From positions 62,001-126,000 of the IMG/VR virus record IMGVR_UViG_3300042511_000879: a stretch of DNA of 64,000 nucleotides; one strand, given 5' to 3'. The notes below the pieces were generated by a model. That model worked only from the letters and a program-made list of their open reading frames with translations. It made no database searches and was not told the DNA's origin. The position numbers and the translations under genes are program-made. Positions 40,206 through 49,956 of the stretch are shown in pieces. How positions within the stretch are numbered: position 1 is the first letter of the stretch; each line of letters begins with the position of its first letter.

Positions 40206-40834
40206 AATAAGGTTCCTGTTTCGGTCAGTAGGTGAGAAATAAAACTCATTCGATGTTGCTTACTCGGACCTAATGATTTAATTGCATCAATATGTGCTTT
40301 AGTACCATATCCTTTGTTTGAATTCCAACCATATCCAGGAATCTCAATATCCAAATCTTTCATAACAGCATCTCTTTCAGTTTTAGCTAGAATACTTGCA
40401 GCCGCTATTGAAATATATTTATTGTCTCCTCCGATTATAGTTTCAAAAGGAATTCCTTCAAATCCATGGAACTGGTCTCCATCAACTAATATAAAGTCAA
40501 ATTGGGCATTTTTTTGAACTCCTTCTAAGCATCGTTGCATTCCAATTAAAGTTGCTTTTAAGATATTAGTTGATTCAATATCTTCCGGAGATATATGTAC
40601 AATGCAATATGCAATTGCATTTTCCTCAACAATTCTACGAGCCTCTTTTCGTTGTTGTTCATTTAATAATTTTGAATCTTTGATTAAGGGGTTTTCAAAG
40701 CCAAATGGCATTATGCATGCGGCAACCGTAACAGGTCCACTTAGTGAACCTCGGCCAGCCTCATCAATGCCAATTTCTATAATTGATTCATCTCCAGAAT
40801 AGGAGTGTTTAAGTAGTATTTGTCTGGTTTCCAT
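40202..40834 (-). CDS. rnhB: Ribonuclease HII
   Basis: GIDEAGRGSLSGPV, DSKLL, LVDG, IAAASILAK, NKGYGT and HRMSF motifs. Confidence 0.95.
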   Translation of the reverse strand: METRQILLKHSYSGDESIIEIGIDEAGRGSLSGPVTVAACIMPFGFENPLIKDSKLLNEQQRKEARRIVEENAIAYCIVHISPEDIESTNILKATLIGMQRCLEGVQKNAQFDFILVDGDQFHGFEGIPFETIIGGDNKYISIAAASILAKTERDAVMKDLDIEIPGYGWNSNKGYGTKAHIDAIKSLGPSKQHRMSFISHLLTETGTLF

Positions 40835-40879
40835 CTATATGTTTTATACTTATTATATAGATGGATTCCAGATAGTTTC

Positions 40880-41632
40880 TTATTTCTCAGGGTTTTCAAC
40901 TCTCCATTTGTCGTAACGATCTACCACGTCTTGAAGTATTTTAGCTCTTACAATATCTTTATTCTCAAAAACATGGACTCCAGTTCCTTTAATTCCGCTC
41001 ATCAACTTCATAAATCCTGGAAGACCAGCACTAACCTTTGGTATATCATATTGACTAATATCACCAGTAACTAGAACCTTAGAATTTTTACCCATACGGG
41101 TTGTGAATAACATTAATTGTTTAAATGATGCATTTTGAGCCTCATCTAGAATCATAAATGAATCATCAAAGGTATCTCCTCGCATAAAGGCAAGTGGTTT
41201 AAATTCAATAGCACCTGAAGCGATCAGCCCTTCGGTTAATTCATCACCTACTATTTTTTTAAAATTTGAAATATATGATTGCATGTACGGATCAACTTTG
41301 TCTGCAATATCTCCAGGTAGGAATCCAAGTTTTTCTCCTGATTCTTGAATTGGTTTACATAGGATAATTTTTGAAACTCCTTTTGTTGCTAGCAACCATA
41401 GGGAAGTATAGCATGCAGTAAATGTTTTTGAGGTACCTGCTGGACCTGAACAGAACGTTATTTCATTTTTTTTGATTTTTTCAAAATAATCATATTGAGA
41501 TGGTTTTAATTGTACTCCTACTAAATCTAATTCTTTTACTACTGTTTTTTTAGGACGTCCAATTGGAGCTTTTGTAGTCGTAGGTTTTGCCTTAGTTGTT
41601 TTTGATTTACTTTCCACTGTTCTTTTTTGCAT
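40880..41632 (-). CDS. phoH: PhoH-like ATPase
   Basis: GPAGTSKT, LGFLPGD, PLAFMRG, ILDEAQN and GDISQYD motifs. Confidence 0.93.
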   Translation of the reverse strand: MQKRTVESKSKTTKAKPTTTKAPIGRPKKTVVKELDLVGVQLKPSQYDYFEKIKKNEITFCSGPAGTSKTFTACYTSLWLLATKGVSKIILCKPIQESGEKLGFLPGDIADKVDPYMQSYISNFKKIVGDELTEGLIASGAIEFKPLAFMRGDTFDDSFMILDEAQNASFKQLMLFTTRMGKNSKVLVTGDISQYDIPKVSAGLPGFMKLMSGIKGTGVHVFENKDIVRAKILQDVVDRYDKWRVENPEK

Positions 41633-41649
41633 ACAATTTTTGTATATAT

Positions 41650-41907
41650 TTAATCACCAGTCATCATGACAAGTTCTTTTAATTTCTTGAGTGATTCACA
41701 TTTTTCATATTCCTCTAACTCAACAAAATATTCTATTAGGACATCTACGAATTTACTTCGCTGTCCAATTCCATGTGGAATATCTATCGTGTGACTTCCG
41801 TCGTTATAAACAATAAATCTATTAATGGTTTTTGTAAAATTTCTAGTAAGTATGTAATAGCTGGACCTCATCAGAGAATCTCTTTCCTCCCCTGTTATAT
41901 CTCCCAT
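41650..41907 (-). CDS. Small protein with C-terminal UVR-like motif (1 of 4)
   Basis: YFVELEEYEKCESLKKL. Confidence 0.65.
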   Translation of the reverse strand: MGDITGEERDSLMRSSYYILTRNFTKTINRFIVYNDGSHTIDIPHGIGQRSKFVDVLIEYFVELEEYEKCESLKKLKELVMMTGD

Positions 41908-41996
41908 CTTTCAGTGGTGTTTTTAAAAGTGGCTATAGCCACATATAGTATATATTTTAACCAGTAGAATTAAAGATATCCGGGCTAAAAAGGTTA

Positions 41997-42260
41997 CTAT
42001 ATTATATTGCTTGATAACATTTCAATTATCTTTTTAAGTTCTTTACATTTTTCATAATCTTCATTATCTTTAAAAAACTTAAGAACCGTTTGCACTCCTT
42101 CTATTTTCTCTTCAATAGTTCCATCGTGCTTTAAGGCACCCATTTTACCATTAACAATAGAAGAGTACATTGCCTCCATCATATCTTCTTTAGAGGCTTC
42201 GTGTAGTCTTTTTATAAATTTTCTTGATTCCTCCGGGCTTTCTTCTTCAATACTGCTCAT
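41997..42260 (-). CDS. Small protein with C-terminal UVR-like motif (2 of 4)
   Basis: FFKDNEDYEKCKELKKI; overlaps the end of dnaJ. Confidence 0.65.
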   Translation of the reverse strand: MSSIEEESPEESRKFIKRLHEASKEDMMEAMYSSIVNGKMGALKHDGTIEEKIEGVQTVLKFFKDNEDYEKCKELKKIIEMLSSNII

Positions 42261-43080
42261 TTGGATTTTTTATCTTTTTAAGTAATTCTATTTCAGTTTC
42301 AGTTAAAGTTATAGGAAGAGTTCTAAGTTTCACCATAAGATTTCCGAATCCTTCTGCGTTATATATTGGCATTCCTTGTCCAACAACTCGTAGAAGTTGT
42401 GAATCATGAGAACCTTGAGGAACTTTGATTTTAATAGAATTTAGTTTGGTGTGGATTTCAAATTCTCCTCCGAGTAGAAGGTCAATCCAGTTTAGGGTTA
42501 ATTCAACATAGATATCACTGCCATTAACAATAAGTTCAGGGTCTGGTAAAACATTGACAGTTAATATGATATCGCCAGGAGGCGCAGATGAATTTACAGG
42601 GTGATTTGCTCCTTTACCTGGGACTTTAAGTTTTGTTCCAGTTTGGATTCCTCGAGGTATATTGATATTAAATCCACCAGTACCGACATCAATATATTTT
42701 CTGACACCTTCATATGATTCCTCAACTGTTATATTTAATGTAACTCTAACATCATATCCTCTTGCTTGACCGCCAAAGGATTGATTAAACATGTCGGTAA
42801 AATCACCTCCAAAACCATGGAAAGCGTGTTGCCATGCAGATGTGGTGTCCTGGTTTCTTTGGAAATTTCCAAATGGATTATGTCCTCTAGATGGATTATC
42901 ATACTGTTCTTTTTTGACAGGGTCAGAAAGAGTTTCGTATGCTTCAGATATTTTTTTGAATTGCGAGTCGTCTCCTCCTGTTTTGTCAGGATGGTGTTCT
43001 TTTACAAGCTTTCTATAAGATTTTTTAATCTCTTCTGGAGTAGCACCCTTTGAAACGTTAAGAGTTTCGTAATAATTCAT
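42247..43080 (-). CDS. dnaJ: DnaJ-family co-chaperone lacking the zinc finger (CbpA-like)
   Basis: J domain YYETLNV...HHPDK...AYETLSD, G/F-rich linker, C-terminal substrate-binding repeats, no CxxCxGxG. Confidence 0.92.
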   Translation of the reverse strand: MNYYETLNVSKGATPEEIKKSYRKLVKEHHPDKTGGDDSQFKKISEAYETLSDPVKKEQYDNPSRGHNPFGNFQRNQDTTSAWQHAFHGFGGDFTDMFNQSFGGQARGYDVRVTLNITVEESYEGVRKYIDVGTGGFNINIPRGIQTGTKLKVPGKGANHPVNSSAPPGDIILTVNVLPDPELIVNGSDIYVELTLNWIDLLLGGEFEIHTKLNSIKIKVPQGSHDSQLLRVVGQGMPIYNAEGFGNLMVKLRTLPITLTETEIELLKKIKNPNEQY

Positions 43081-43086
43081 TAGAGT

Positions 43087-43296
43087 CTATTTTTTGGAAT
43101 TTCTAACTCTAACTGTTTGTTTCATTACTGGAATTGGTGCAGATTTAACTTGTTTAATGCTATCTGCTTTTTTCTCGGCAACTAGAGCTGCTTGACCTTT
43201 TTTATAAGTTGCAATTTCTCTTAGTTGTTTGTTTTCCATACAGATTGCAATTCTTTCTAGACTATCTGCAATCTTTTTTAAATATTCTTCGTTCAT
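43087..43296 (-). CDS. Hypothetical protein
   Basis: ORF track; AATATATA motif at 43320-43327. Confidence 0.6.
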   Translation of the reverse strand: MNEEYLKKIADSLERIAICMENKQLREIATYKKGQAALVAEKKADSIKQVKSAPIPVMKQTVRVRNSKK

Positions 43297-43334
43297 ATCG
43301 ATATACTTTATTAGTACATTATATATTAAAGAAA

Positions 43335-43354
43335 AAAGGTCCTATAGGACCTTT
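43335..43354 (-). terminator. Intrinsic terminator
   Basis: Perfect palindrome AAAGGTCCTATAGGACCTTT followed on the minus strand by T6, over the stop of 43342..43635. Confidence 0.75.
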
Positions 43355-43635
43355 GCTTTCTTAAGTATCTTATTTATTTGGGCGCATTTTTCGTACTCTT
43401 CAAGCTCTTCAAAAAGCTCTAACATATCTCCTAGAATTTTAACAATAGGTTTAATATCAAGTTCTTGTTTTTCCATTAATTTAAAATCAACTCCTTTAGA
43501 AATTATTTCAGCATAATTTTCATTTGCAAGCTTGATTTTTAAATCATACATTACGTTATTCATTTCGGCTTCTTTTTTAATAGTGTCGATTTCGTCTTCT
43601 TGTTCTTCAAATAAATTGTTAAAGTCTTCGTCCAT
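43342..43635 (-). CDS. Small protein with C-terminal UVR-like motif (3 of 4)
   Basis: LFEELEEYEKCAQINKIL; has a class-1 promoter. Confidence 0.65.
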   Translation of the reverse strand: MDEDFNNLFEEQEDEIDTIKKEAEMNNVMYDLKIKLANENYAEIISKGVDFKLMEKQELDIKPIVKILGDMLELFEELEEYEKCAQINKILKKAKVL

Positions 43636-43650
43636 AATTATAAGGTTTTA

Positions 43651-43719
43651 ATTTGATATGTAAATATAATACAAATTCCTGACACAGAAAAACTTTTTAT
43701 CAAAAAGTTATTAACAATT
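43651..43719 (-). promoter_or_regulatory. Class-1 promoter (N18 variant)
   Basis: TTTC(43690-43687)-N18-TATATTTA(43668-43661)CATATC; upstream AATTGTTAATAAC box at 43707-43719. Confidence 0.7.
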
Positions 43720-44450
43720 TAAAATGGTACCTCATCTACCATATCCATTCCTGATATTTTAAGCATCACATTCATAGTGGCTTTAACATCTCCTTCACAA
43801 TATGTTTTTATTCTTTCAATACTACCATTCCAATACTCTTCAGTTGTACTACTTGCTTCCATTATAGTTTTAGGAGATGGAATATTAAGAGTGTTACAAA
43901 TTAAATCTAGTGATGCACTATTCCAACCTGCAAATTTCCAAATTTCATAAGTATCTACTAGACAGTTTTCCCAAGGTTTTTTCTTTTGTAAATGAAATTG
44001 ATGAGGTATTGCTACTCCGTTTACAATGGATCTTTTTATTAGATATGGAAAATCAAAGTTTTTAATATTATGTCCAGTAAATTGAACTGAAGGACTTTGA
44101 TTAAAAACAGCTTGAGCTGTACCCATAAACTCTTTAAGAATTTCTATTTCGCTACCTTTATAGAAAGAACGAATTTTTGAGGTTGTAATACCATCTTGGA
44201 ATTTAATTTGTCCCATAGAAATTACAATAACTTTGCTAAATTCTGGACTAAGCGCCGACATATGAGTATACATTTCCGCATCAGTAAGTTTTGCCAAATG
44301 AGATTCAGTATTTCTATGCTGTTCTGCTTTTTTTGCCCAATGCTTTATTCCGCCTGGTCTTTTAATACAGAATTCTTCGTAATTCGGATATTCTGAAGAT
44401 GTTTCAATGTCAATAAATAACATTGACTTTAGTTCGGTAGTATTATACAT
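43719..44450 (-). CDS. 3'-5' exonuclease, PolB-exonuclease-like (DEDD)
   Basis: LFIDIET, GHNIKNFDFPYL, KPWE...VDTYEIW and YCEGDV motifs; family common in Bacteroidota. Confidence 0.88.
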   Translation of the reverse strand: MYNTTELKSMLFIDIETSSEYPNYEEFCIKRPGGIKHWAKKAEQHRNTESHLAKLTDAEMYTHMSALSPEFSKVIVISMGQIKFQDGITTSKIRSFYKGSEIEILKEFMGTAQAVFNQSPSVQFTGHNIKNFDFPYLIKRSIVNGVAIPHQFHLQKKKPWENCLVDTYEIWKFAGWNSASLDLICNTLNIPSPKTIMEASSTTEEYWNGSIERIKTYCEGDVKATMNVMLKISGMDMVDEVPF

Positions 44451-44691
44451 TCTTTGAGTCGTTTAAATCTTTAAAAATCTTATAAATTGATATTGGGTAT
44501 ACACATTTTTTTACACTTCTATCTGACTTTTCATTCATCCAATAATATGGGACTCCATGTAATTTAGTCAGTGAATCAATTAAAGAAACTAATTGACCAT
44601 ACATAAGAATCCCTGCAAATTTAAAATAGTAATTCTCACCAATCTTTGGTTTAACTACGTAAATTTTAGGTTCTTTTTTATCTTTTGCCAT
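44443..44691 (-). CDS. Hypothetical protein
   Basis: ORF track; class-2 promoter at 44698-44724. Confidence 0.6.
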   Translation of the reverse strand: MAKDKKEPKIYVVKPKIGENYYFKFAGILMYGQLVSLIDSLTKLHGVPYYWMNEKSDRSVKKCVYPISIYKIFKDLNDSKNV

Positions 44692-44722
44692 ATACTAATT
44701 ATACACAAAAAAATAAAAAAGT

Positions 44723-44941
44723 TTAAAGATGTGTAGTGTCAACGTGGTCATGTGACTGTCGAAGTATCATATATCGATCATATGATATACTCATTTCGAT
44801 CCATCCTCCAGTAATAGATTTGGGTACTTCGTGATGGTCAATTATATAGTTTGGTGGGGTAGTAACTCTTTCTAATAAAAAGTCCATCATCAAATCTGAT
44901 TCTCTATTATGAACCCATATTTTTACAAATGTATTATTCAT
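44723..44941 (-). CDS. Hypothetical protein
   Basis: ORF track; overlaps the glycosyltransferase stop. Confidence 0.55.
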   Translation of the reverse strand: MNNTFVKIWVHNRESDLMMDFLLERVTTPPNYIIDHHEVPKSITGGWIEMSISYDRYMILRQSHDHVDTTHL

Positions 44942-46784
44942 GTTCGTTATATATTATATTTGCCGCCATCTCTTCTTGATTAAATCTTGACACTGTATTT
45001 AACGGTGCACCTGGATTTTCGTCATACGCCCAATCTTTTAATCCTAACTCTTCAAACCTGTTTTTGATTTGCTCGTTATAATAATAACCTATTGTACGTA
45101 CTCGTCTTTGAATATCTGCTCTTGATAGATTATGAGTATTCTGTCCATTTGCATTATTATATAAGAATTGAATATACCCTAATTTTGGTATTTTGCAAGT
45201 TATTGCTTTTAAGAAAGTTCTTACAACCAACTCATAATCATCGGCTATTACAAGACTTCTATTATGTCCTCCTATTTCAAAATAAGTAGATCGTCTCCAT
45301 GCTCTTACGTGATTTGGTACACCAACTATATGTCTAATTGTTTTAGGATTAATATTCTGTTGATTAGAAACATTTAGTGTCTTTCCAGCATACTCTTCTT
45401 TTCTATATGATCCGTATCCAAGCGCAAATCCTTCGCTATATGTTAAAGAATTCCAGTTTTCATCAACTTCAACAGTGTCATTAAAAAAGAATCCGGCTTC
45501 TGGATGTTTTTTAGCTGCTTTATAAAGGTCTTCAGTACACCATGGAACTAATAAATCGTCATGGTCTAATTCAGCTAAAATAAAACCTTTAGCCATTGAG
45601 CAACATCTCCATTTAACCTCACCAATATTTCCACCGCTTTTTTCTCTAAAATCATAAAGGCGTACTCTTGGGTCTTTTGCTGCAATAGATTCTGCTATTT
45701 TTAATGTTTTACCACCATCAGTAGAGTCATTTACTAGTACCCATTCCCAATTGTTGTATGTTTGGTCTAGCAGCGATTGATATGTATTAAATAGTTTTTC
45801 ACCAGTATTATATATTGGGGTAAAATATGATATCATTGAACTATCTTCTAATCCATCTGGGTTCAACAGACTTTCCATTAAACACTGATACGCGATTTGT
45901 CCAGCATCTCTAGTGGAAACTTCTTTGTCAAGATTTAACCATTTTCGTCTAAATTGAAGTGGCATGCTTGCCATTTCTGGAAAGTTTTCCCAAGATTCTC
46001 CTCTAGTTATAATAACGTCTGGTTTAAATGAGGCTAGGGATATTGTGATGTCTTTGTCATTTTTTAAATACTTAATCTCCAAACTATCATCTTCATAGTC
46101 AAGTATTTTAAGTGATTTTAATTCAGGCTCATCATGCCCAATATACAATACTTTAGGAACTTTTGCAGTTGATTTTTTCTGTAAGTAATTGTAGTGTGAT
46201 AGTACTCTTCCCGTAAATGTAAACCATTCAGGATGTTCGGCATGAACGGAACTTATAAAGATTCCATCAGCTTGATAATCAGGCAAATATGAATATTCAT
46301 ATTCATTATAAACATCAATACTAACAATATATTGAGCTAAATCAACTCCCTGCACTTTCATAAATTTAGGATATGCTTTTCTATATGTTAAGTTTGTAAA
46401 ATCTCTTCCGGCAACATGTTGTGAAACTACATGGATTTTTTTGTCTGGATTCTTTAAAGAAGATTGCAAAACATATTCATAGAAACCTTCATGCATGATA
46501 TTATCATCATCTAAAAAATAAACCCAACCATCTGATAATTTTGAAATTATGGCAGAACATTGAGGATATAACATTCCTATAGCATCTCCTTTTTCAAAAT
46601 GGTATGTTGTTAGATCGTCTTTTAAATCACATAGTAATTCTGCATCAATATCTTTAAGATTTGTAGTGTCAAATACTATGTGCCAATTTATTTCGCATCC
46701 ATTTGGTATATTGTTAAAGACAGATTCTTTAACAGTCTTTAAATTCTGTAGGCGCGTTGCTCGAGTTATTATACTAATTTTCAT
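44934..46784 (-). CDS. Tandem GT-A (GT2-like) glycosyltransferase, two catalytic domains
   Basis: Domain 1: ISIITRATR...WVYFLDDDN. Domain 2: ISYFTPIYN...WEWVLVNDSTDG...AELDHDD...ADDYEL. Confidence 0.88.
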   Translation of the reverse strand: MKISIITRATRLQNLKTVKESVFNNIPNGCEINWHIVFDTTNLKDIDAELLCDLKDDLTTYHFEKGDAIGMLYPQCSAIISKLSDGWVYFLDDDNIMHEGFYEYVLQSSLKNPDKKIHVVSQHVAGRDFTNLTYRKAYPKFMKVQGVDLAQYIVSIDVYNEYEYSYLPDYQADGIFISSVHAEHPEWFTFTGRVLSHYNYLQKKSTAKVPKVLYIGHDEPELKSLKILDYEDDSLEIKYLKNDKDITISLASFKPDVIITRGESWENFPEMASMPLQFRRKWLNLDKEVSTRDAGQIAYQCLMESLLNPDGLEDSSMISYFTPIYNTGEKLFNTYQSLLDQTYNNWEWVLVNDSTDGGKTLKIAESIAAKDPRVRLYDFREKSGGNIGEVKWRCCSMAKGFILAELDHDDLLVPWCTEDLYKAAKKHPEAGFFFNDTVEVDENWNSLTYSEGFALGYGSYRKEEYAGKTLNVSNQQNINPKTIRHIVGVPNHVRAWRRSTYFEIGGHNRSLVIADDYELVVRTFLKAITCKIPKLGYIQFLYNNANGQNTHNLSRADIQRRVRTIGYYYNEQIKNRFEELGLKDWAYDENPGAPLNTVSRFNQEEMAANIIYNEHE

Positions 46785-46834
46785 ATTATTTATATAATAA
46801 AAATGAAATTAGTTTATATTTTTTTGGGATTTAT

Positions 46835-47536
46835 CTAGATACCATGCTTGATTCGGTTAAAAAGCATGCTCTTCATAATTGGTAACATACAATCAGCGTA
46901 AGGAGGTGGTGTTGTTTTAAATTTTGCATCAAATCTAAAAAATCTATAAGAAGTACTTTCTAATTCTGTTCTTTTAATAAACTCAGAAATCTCTTTGATT
47001 GAATTTTCTAACTCTTCAACTTTCTTTAAATTAAACTCGCTCCAATTTATTTTAAAAGATGAAGGTTCTATATAAGAATAGACGTGAATTTTTTGATTTA
47101 CAATATCGATATAAAAAATGTACCCTTTGGTATTGAGATGCTTTTTCTCTGGAATCTCAGTAATTGTGCACTGTGATTCTACAATTCTCCATTTATCTCT
47201 AATAGTTCGATATAAATCTTCTAGTTTTTCTATTGCAACATCGCAAATATCATACATTGAATTGATACCATTAGTTTCTTCTGGATAATCATACTTTAAA
47301 GACATAGTATCAACATCAATTCCAGTAATTATTCTGGTTTTGCTTTCAATTTCGTCTCTTCCGTATTTAATATTATATAGTCTTTCGAGTTCTGTCTCTA
47401 CTTCTAAAATAGCAGAATACAAGTTATTAGCAGAAATCATTTTTTTAATTTTATCGATTCCGGCTAGTAGCTTGTAATATTTTAACTCATAGTCATGAGG
47501 TGGCTCTATTAGCCAATTTGTTTCAAAGACGTTCAT
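46835..47536 (-). CDS. Hypothetical protein
   Basis: ORF track; NWLIEPPHDYELKYYKLLA N-terminus. Confidence 0.65.
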   Translation of the reverse strand: MNVFETNWLIEPPHDYELKYYKLLAGIDKIKKMISANNLYSAILEVETELERLYNIKYGRDEIESKTRIITGIDVDTMSLKYDYPEETNGINSMYDICDVAIEKLEDLYRTIRDKWRIVESQCTITEIPEKKHLNTKGYIFYIDIVNQKIHVYSYIEPSSFKINWSEFNLKKVEELENSIKEISEFIKRTELESTSYRFFRFDAKFKTTPPPYADCMLPIMKSMLFNRIKHGI

Positions 47537-47597
47537 ACCTATATCTATCTTAAGTATAATAAATTATATAGGTATTTTTGTTTTATATTACTATAAT

Positions 47598-47909
47598 CTA
47601 GGACTTAGTTCTTTTAGTAATGGTGCTTTGAACTCTGTTTGGAGTTTTTCTAGGATTAACGGTAGTTAGTCCCCATTGTAGAATAAACCAACTTGCCTCT
47701 TTTTCAGCGGCTGCTTTTGAAATTTTAAGCACTTCTCGTATTCTTTCAACAGAATATTTAATAAATGTCTCTTCTTTCTCTGGAGTAGTTTTATAATCCA
47801 TGTACCATGACGGGTTTGTTTTAACATCTTCGTATGTTACTCCATGGTCCTTAAGCTGATGGTTAATCAATTCAACAAAAAGCTCTCTTTGTTTTTCTCG
47901 GTTTGTCAT
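47598..47909 (-). CDS. Hypothetical protein
   Basis: ORF track; operon packing. Confidence 0.6.
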   Translation of the reverse strand: MTNREKQRELFVELINHQLKDHGVTYEDVKTNPSWYMDYKTTPEKEETFIKYSVERIREVLKISKAAAEKEASWFILQWGLTTVNPRKTPNRVQSTITKRTKS

Positions 47910-48103
47910 AATGAAATTAATGAAATAAATGTATTTTTATCGTTTAGTCTTACAAAATCAGAATATGATATATCCACTAGGAATGAATCTTTAAAGTATG
48001 TCGGAGATATTGTAATTGGATACGTTTCTGCATCTAATTTTCCTTTAATTATTTTATCCAAATATTCAAGCTCGCCAGAATGTACGTAAAAATAGATTTT
48101 CAT
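47906..48103 (-). CDS. Hypothetical protein
   Basis: ORF track; abuts the clpP stop. Confidence 0.55.
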   Translation of the reverse strand: MKIYFYVHSGELEYLDKIIKGKLDAETYPITISPTYFKDSFLVDISYSDFVRLNDKNTFISLISL

Positions 48104-48790
48104 TTATTTTCTAGATTTTGATTTAACTGGATTAATAATCTCGTCGATTATACCGTACTTAAGTGCCTCTTCTGCGCTTAACCATAAATCTCGGGTAGCA
48201 TCAGACATAACCTGCTCTGGTTTCTTGTCACAATATGAACCTAACAAATTAAATAGTTCTTTGTTGACTTTTTGCCATTCTGCCCAGTCTATTTCGGCAT
48301 CTTGGATATTCCCACTGAATCCTCCTGAGGATTGGTGTAACATAGTAGTCGAGTGTCTTAGTGAACTTCTCTTGCCTTTAGTTCCAGCTCCTAATAGTAC
48401 TGAACCCATCGAAGCTGCCATTCCTGTATTTACTGTTTTGATATCAGATTTAATCCATTCCATAACGTCAATCATAGAAAGCCCTGATTTTACAGAACCT
48501 CCTGGACTATCAATATGCATTGTTATATCTCGGTCATCTGTGCTATCTAAAAACATTAATTGAGCTTGTACAATAGTTGACATATTGTCATTAACAGGCC
48601 CTGCAACCCACAATAATCGATCGATCATCAACCTTGAAAATATATCCATTTGAGTAGCTCTTAATTGTCTCTCTTCTAGAATATAAGGTGTCATTGATGA
48701 TTCAATTTGATTTTTATAGTAGTGCATGTTCATTGAACTTATGCCCTTGTCTAGCATTGCGTATCTTTCGAATTCTTTTCCGTGATTCAT
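48104..48790 (-). CDS. clpP: ATP-dependent Clp protease proteolytic subunit
   Basis: TPYILEER, DIFSRL, IDSPGGSV, GMAASMGSVLL (catalytic Ser) and MLHQ (catalytic His); Bacteroidota-type N-terminal extension. Confidence 0.96.
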   Translation of the reverse strand: MNHGKEFERYAMLDKGISSMNMHYYKNQIESSMTPYILEERQLRATQMDIFSRLMIDRLLWVAGPVNDNMSTIVQAQLMFLDSTDDRDITMHIDSPGGSVKSGLSMIDVMEWIKSDIKTVNTGMAASMGSVLLGAGTKGKRSSLRHSTTMLHQSSGGFSGNIQDAEIDWAEWQKVNKELFNLLGSYCDKKPEQVMSDATRDLWLSAEEALKYGIIDEIINPVKSKSRK

Positions 48791-49092
48791 TATAGTTTCT
48801 TTAATAGTTTTTTAATTTGAGTACATCTTTCGTATTTTTCATGGAATGTATAGAAGTCCAGGCTTTTTAATATTGATTGCTTATAAGAACTTTTAGGAAG
48901 ATCTGCATACTGTATATCTCCATTTTCATGGACAAAATAACATAATAATGTTTCTCTATCTTCTTTGTTAATATTTGCTTCGATAAAATCTACAATTCTG
49001 TCGTGAAATTCGCAATCGTTTGTAATTGAATTAAACCCATCTCCATCTATGTAGAATTCAGGGATATCTGTTCCTTTCATGCACTCAATCAT
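48790..49092 (-). CDS. Small protein with C-terminal UVR-like motif (4 of 4)
   Basis: FYTFHEKYERCTQIKKLL; its stop overlaps the clpP start at 48790. Confidence 0.65.
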   Translation of the reverse strand: MIECMKGTDIPEFYIDGDGFNSITNDCEFHDRIVDFIEANINKEDRETLLCYFVHENGDIQYADLPKSSYKQSILKSLDFYTFHEKYERCTQIKKLLKKL

Positions 49093-49943
49093 ATCTCTTT
49101 TATATTAAGATACCCTGATAATAAATTATAATATGTTTCTTTGGTCAACACATTATCTATCGTGGTATTTATATTATTTATCATCGAAATTCCTGAAGGG
49201 GTTAAACTCATAACTCCATTTTCAATATTAAAAATAGGTTCTAATAATTCCATTAAGTATTGTTTCTCGTGAAGAGGCTCGTGAACGATCCTTTCGGCTA
49301 ATTCAAAATGTCTTTCGTAAAAGTGGATGTTATCAGCGTAATGATGGTATACTCCAAGTTCTAATTCTGGGTAAGTTGACTTTAACCAAAGGTAAACATG
49401 TTGTTGGACGAATGCAAAGAATGGAGCATCAAATGTAAGTCCATAAAAAATATCATTAGATCGCATTTGAACTTTCATATCTAGCTTATTGTGTCTGATT
49501 GAAAAGTTTAGGTACATAGTACATACAAAATCTTTATTACCTTCAAACTGGTATTTTGGCTGATTTAAGAAAGCAATTGCTTGTCTAGTGTTCTTGTCTG
49601 CTTTAAGAGAATCGACTACCCATTGTAATTGTTCTCCGAAAAGAAGAGAACCGTAATTTGAATTAATTTCGTTTGTTCCAGGATTTGTTATGTTTTTCCA
49701 GAATCCAGAAAATTTATTAATGTAGTCAATATTGGTATCTTTATTAAGGTACCATGCTAATTCGCCGGCAAAATACTTCCAATTAAACTCTCTACTATTA
49801 AAATTAGCAAATGGTTCTTTTGGATTAATTGGATATCCGGCATAAAGTAATTCGGTAACTTCAAGGTCTCTTGGTTTAGAGACCTCTCCGTGTATTTTTA
49901 TATCTGAAATTATGTGTTTAAATTGGTGTGAGAATGTTTTCAT
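49089..49943 (-). CDS. Thymidylate-synthase-family enzyme, dCMP hydroxymethylase (T4 gp42)-like
   Basis: EINSNYG, DFVCT (catalytic Cys), MRSNDIFYGLTFD (Asp at the pyrimidine-specificity position) and HFYERHF, paralleling gp42 EINSNYG/DFMCT/RSNDVVFGFRND/YSRHF. Confidence 0.8.
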   Translation of the reverse strand: MKTFSHQFKHIISDIKIHGEVSKPRDLEVTELLYAGYPINPKEPFANFNSREFNWKYFAGELAWYLNKDTNIDYINKFSGFWKNITNPGTNEINSNYGSLLFGEQLQWVVDSLKADKNTRQAIAFLNQPKYQFEGNKDFVCTMYLNFSIRHNKLDMKVQMRSNDIFYGLTFDAPFFAFVQQHVYLWLKSTYPELELGVYHHYADNIHFYERHFELAERIVHEPLHEKQYLMELLEPIFNIENGVMSLTPSGISMINNINTTIDNVLTKETYYNLLSGYLNIKEI

Positions 49944-49956
49944 GTTTATAATTTTA

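Noticed and set aside
41929-41942. 14-bp palindrome GTGGCTATAGCCAC
   Set aside because: Isolated, with no T tail and no second copy seen; function unsupported.
49089-49943. Annotation as ordinary thymidylate synthase (thyA)
   Set aside because: Asp rather than Asn at the specificity position and gp42-like flanking motifs favour a dCMP-modifying enzyme.
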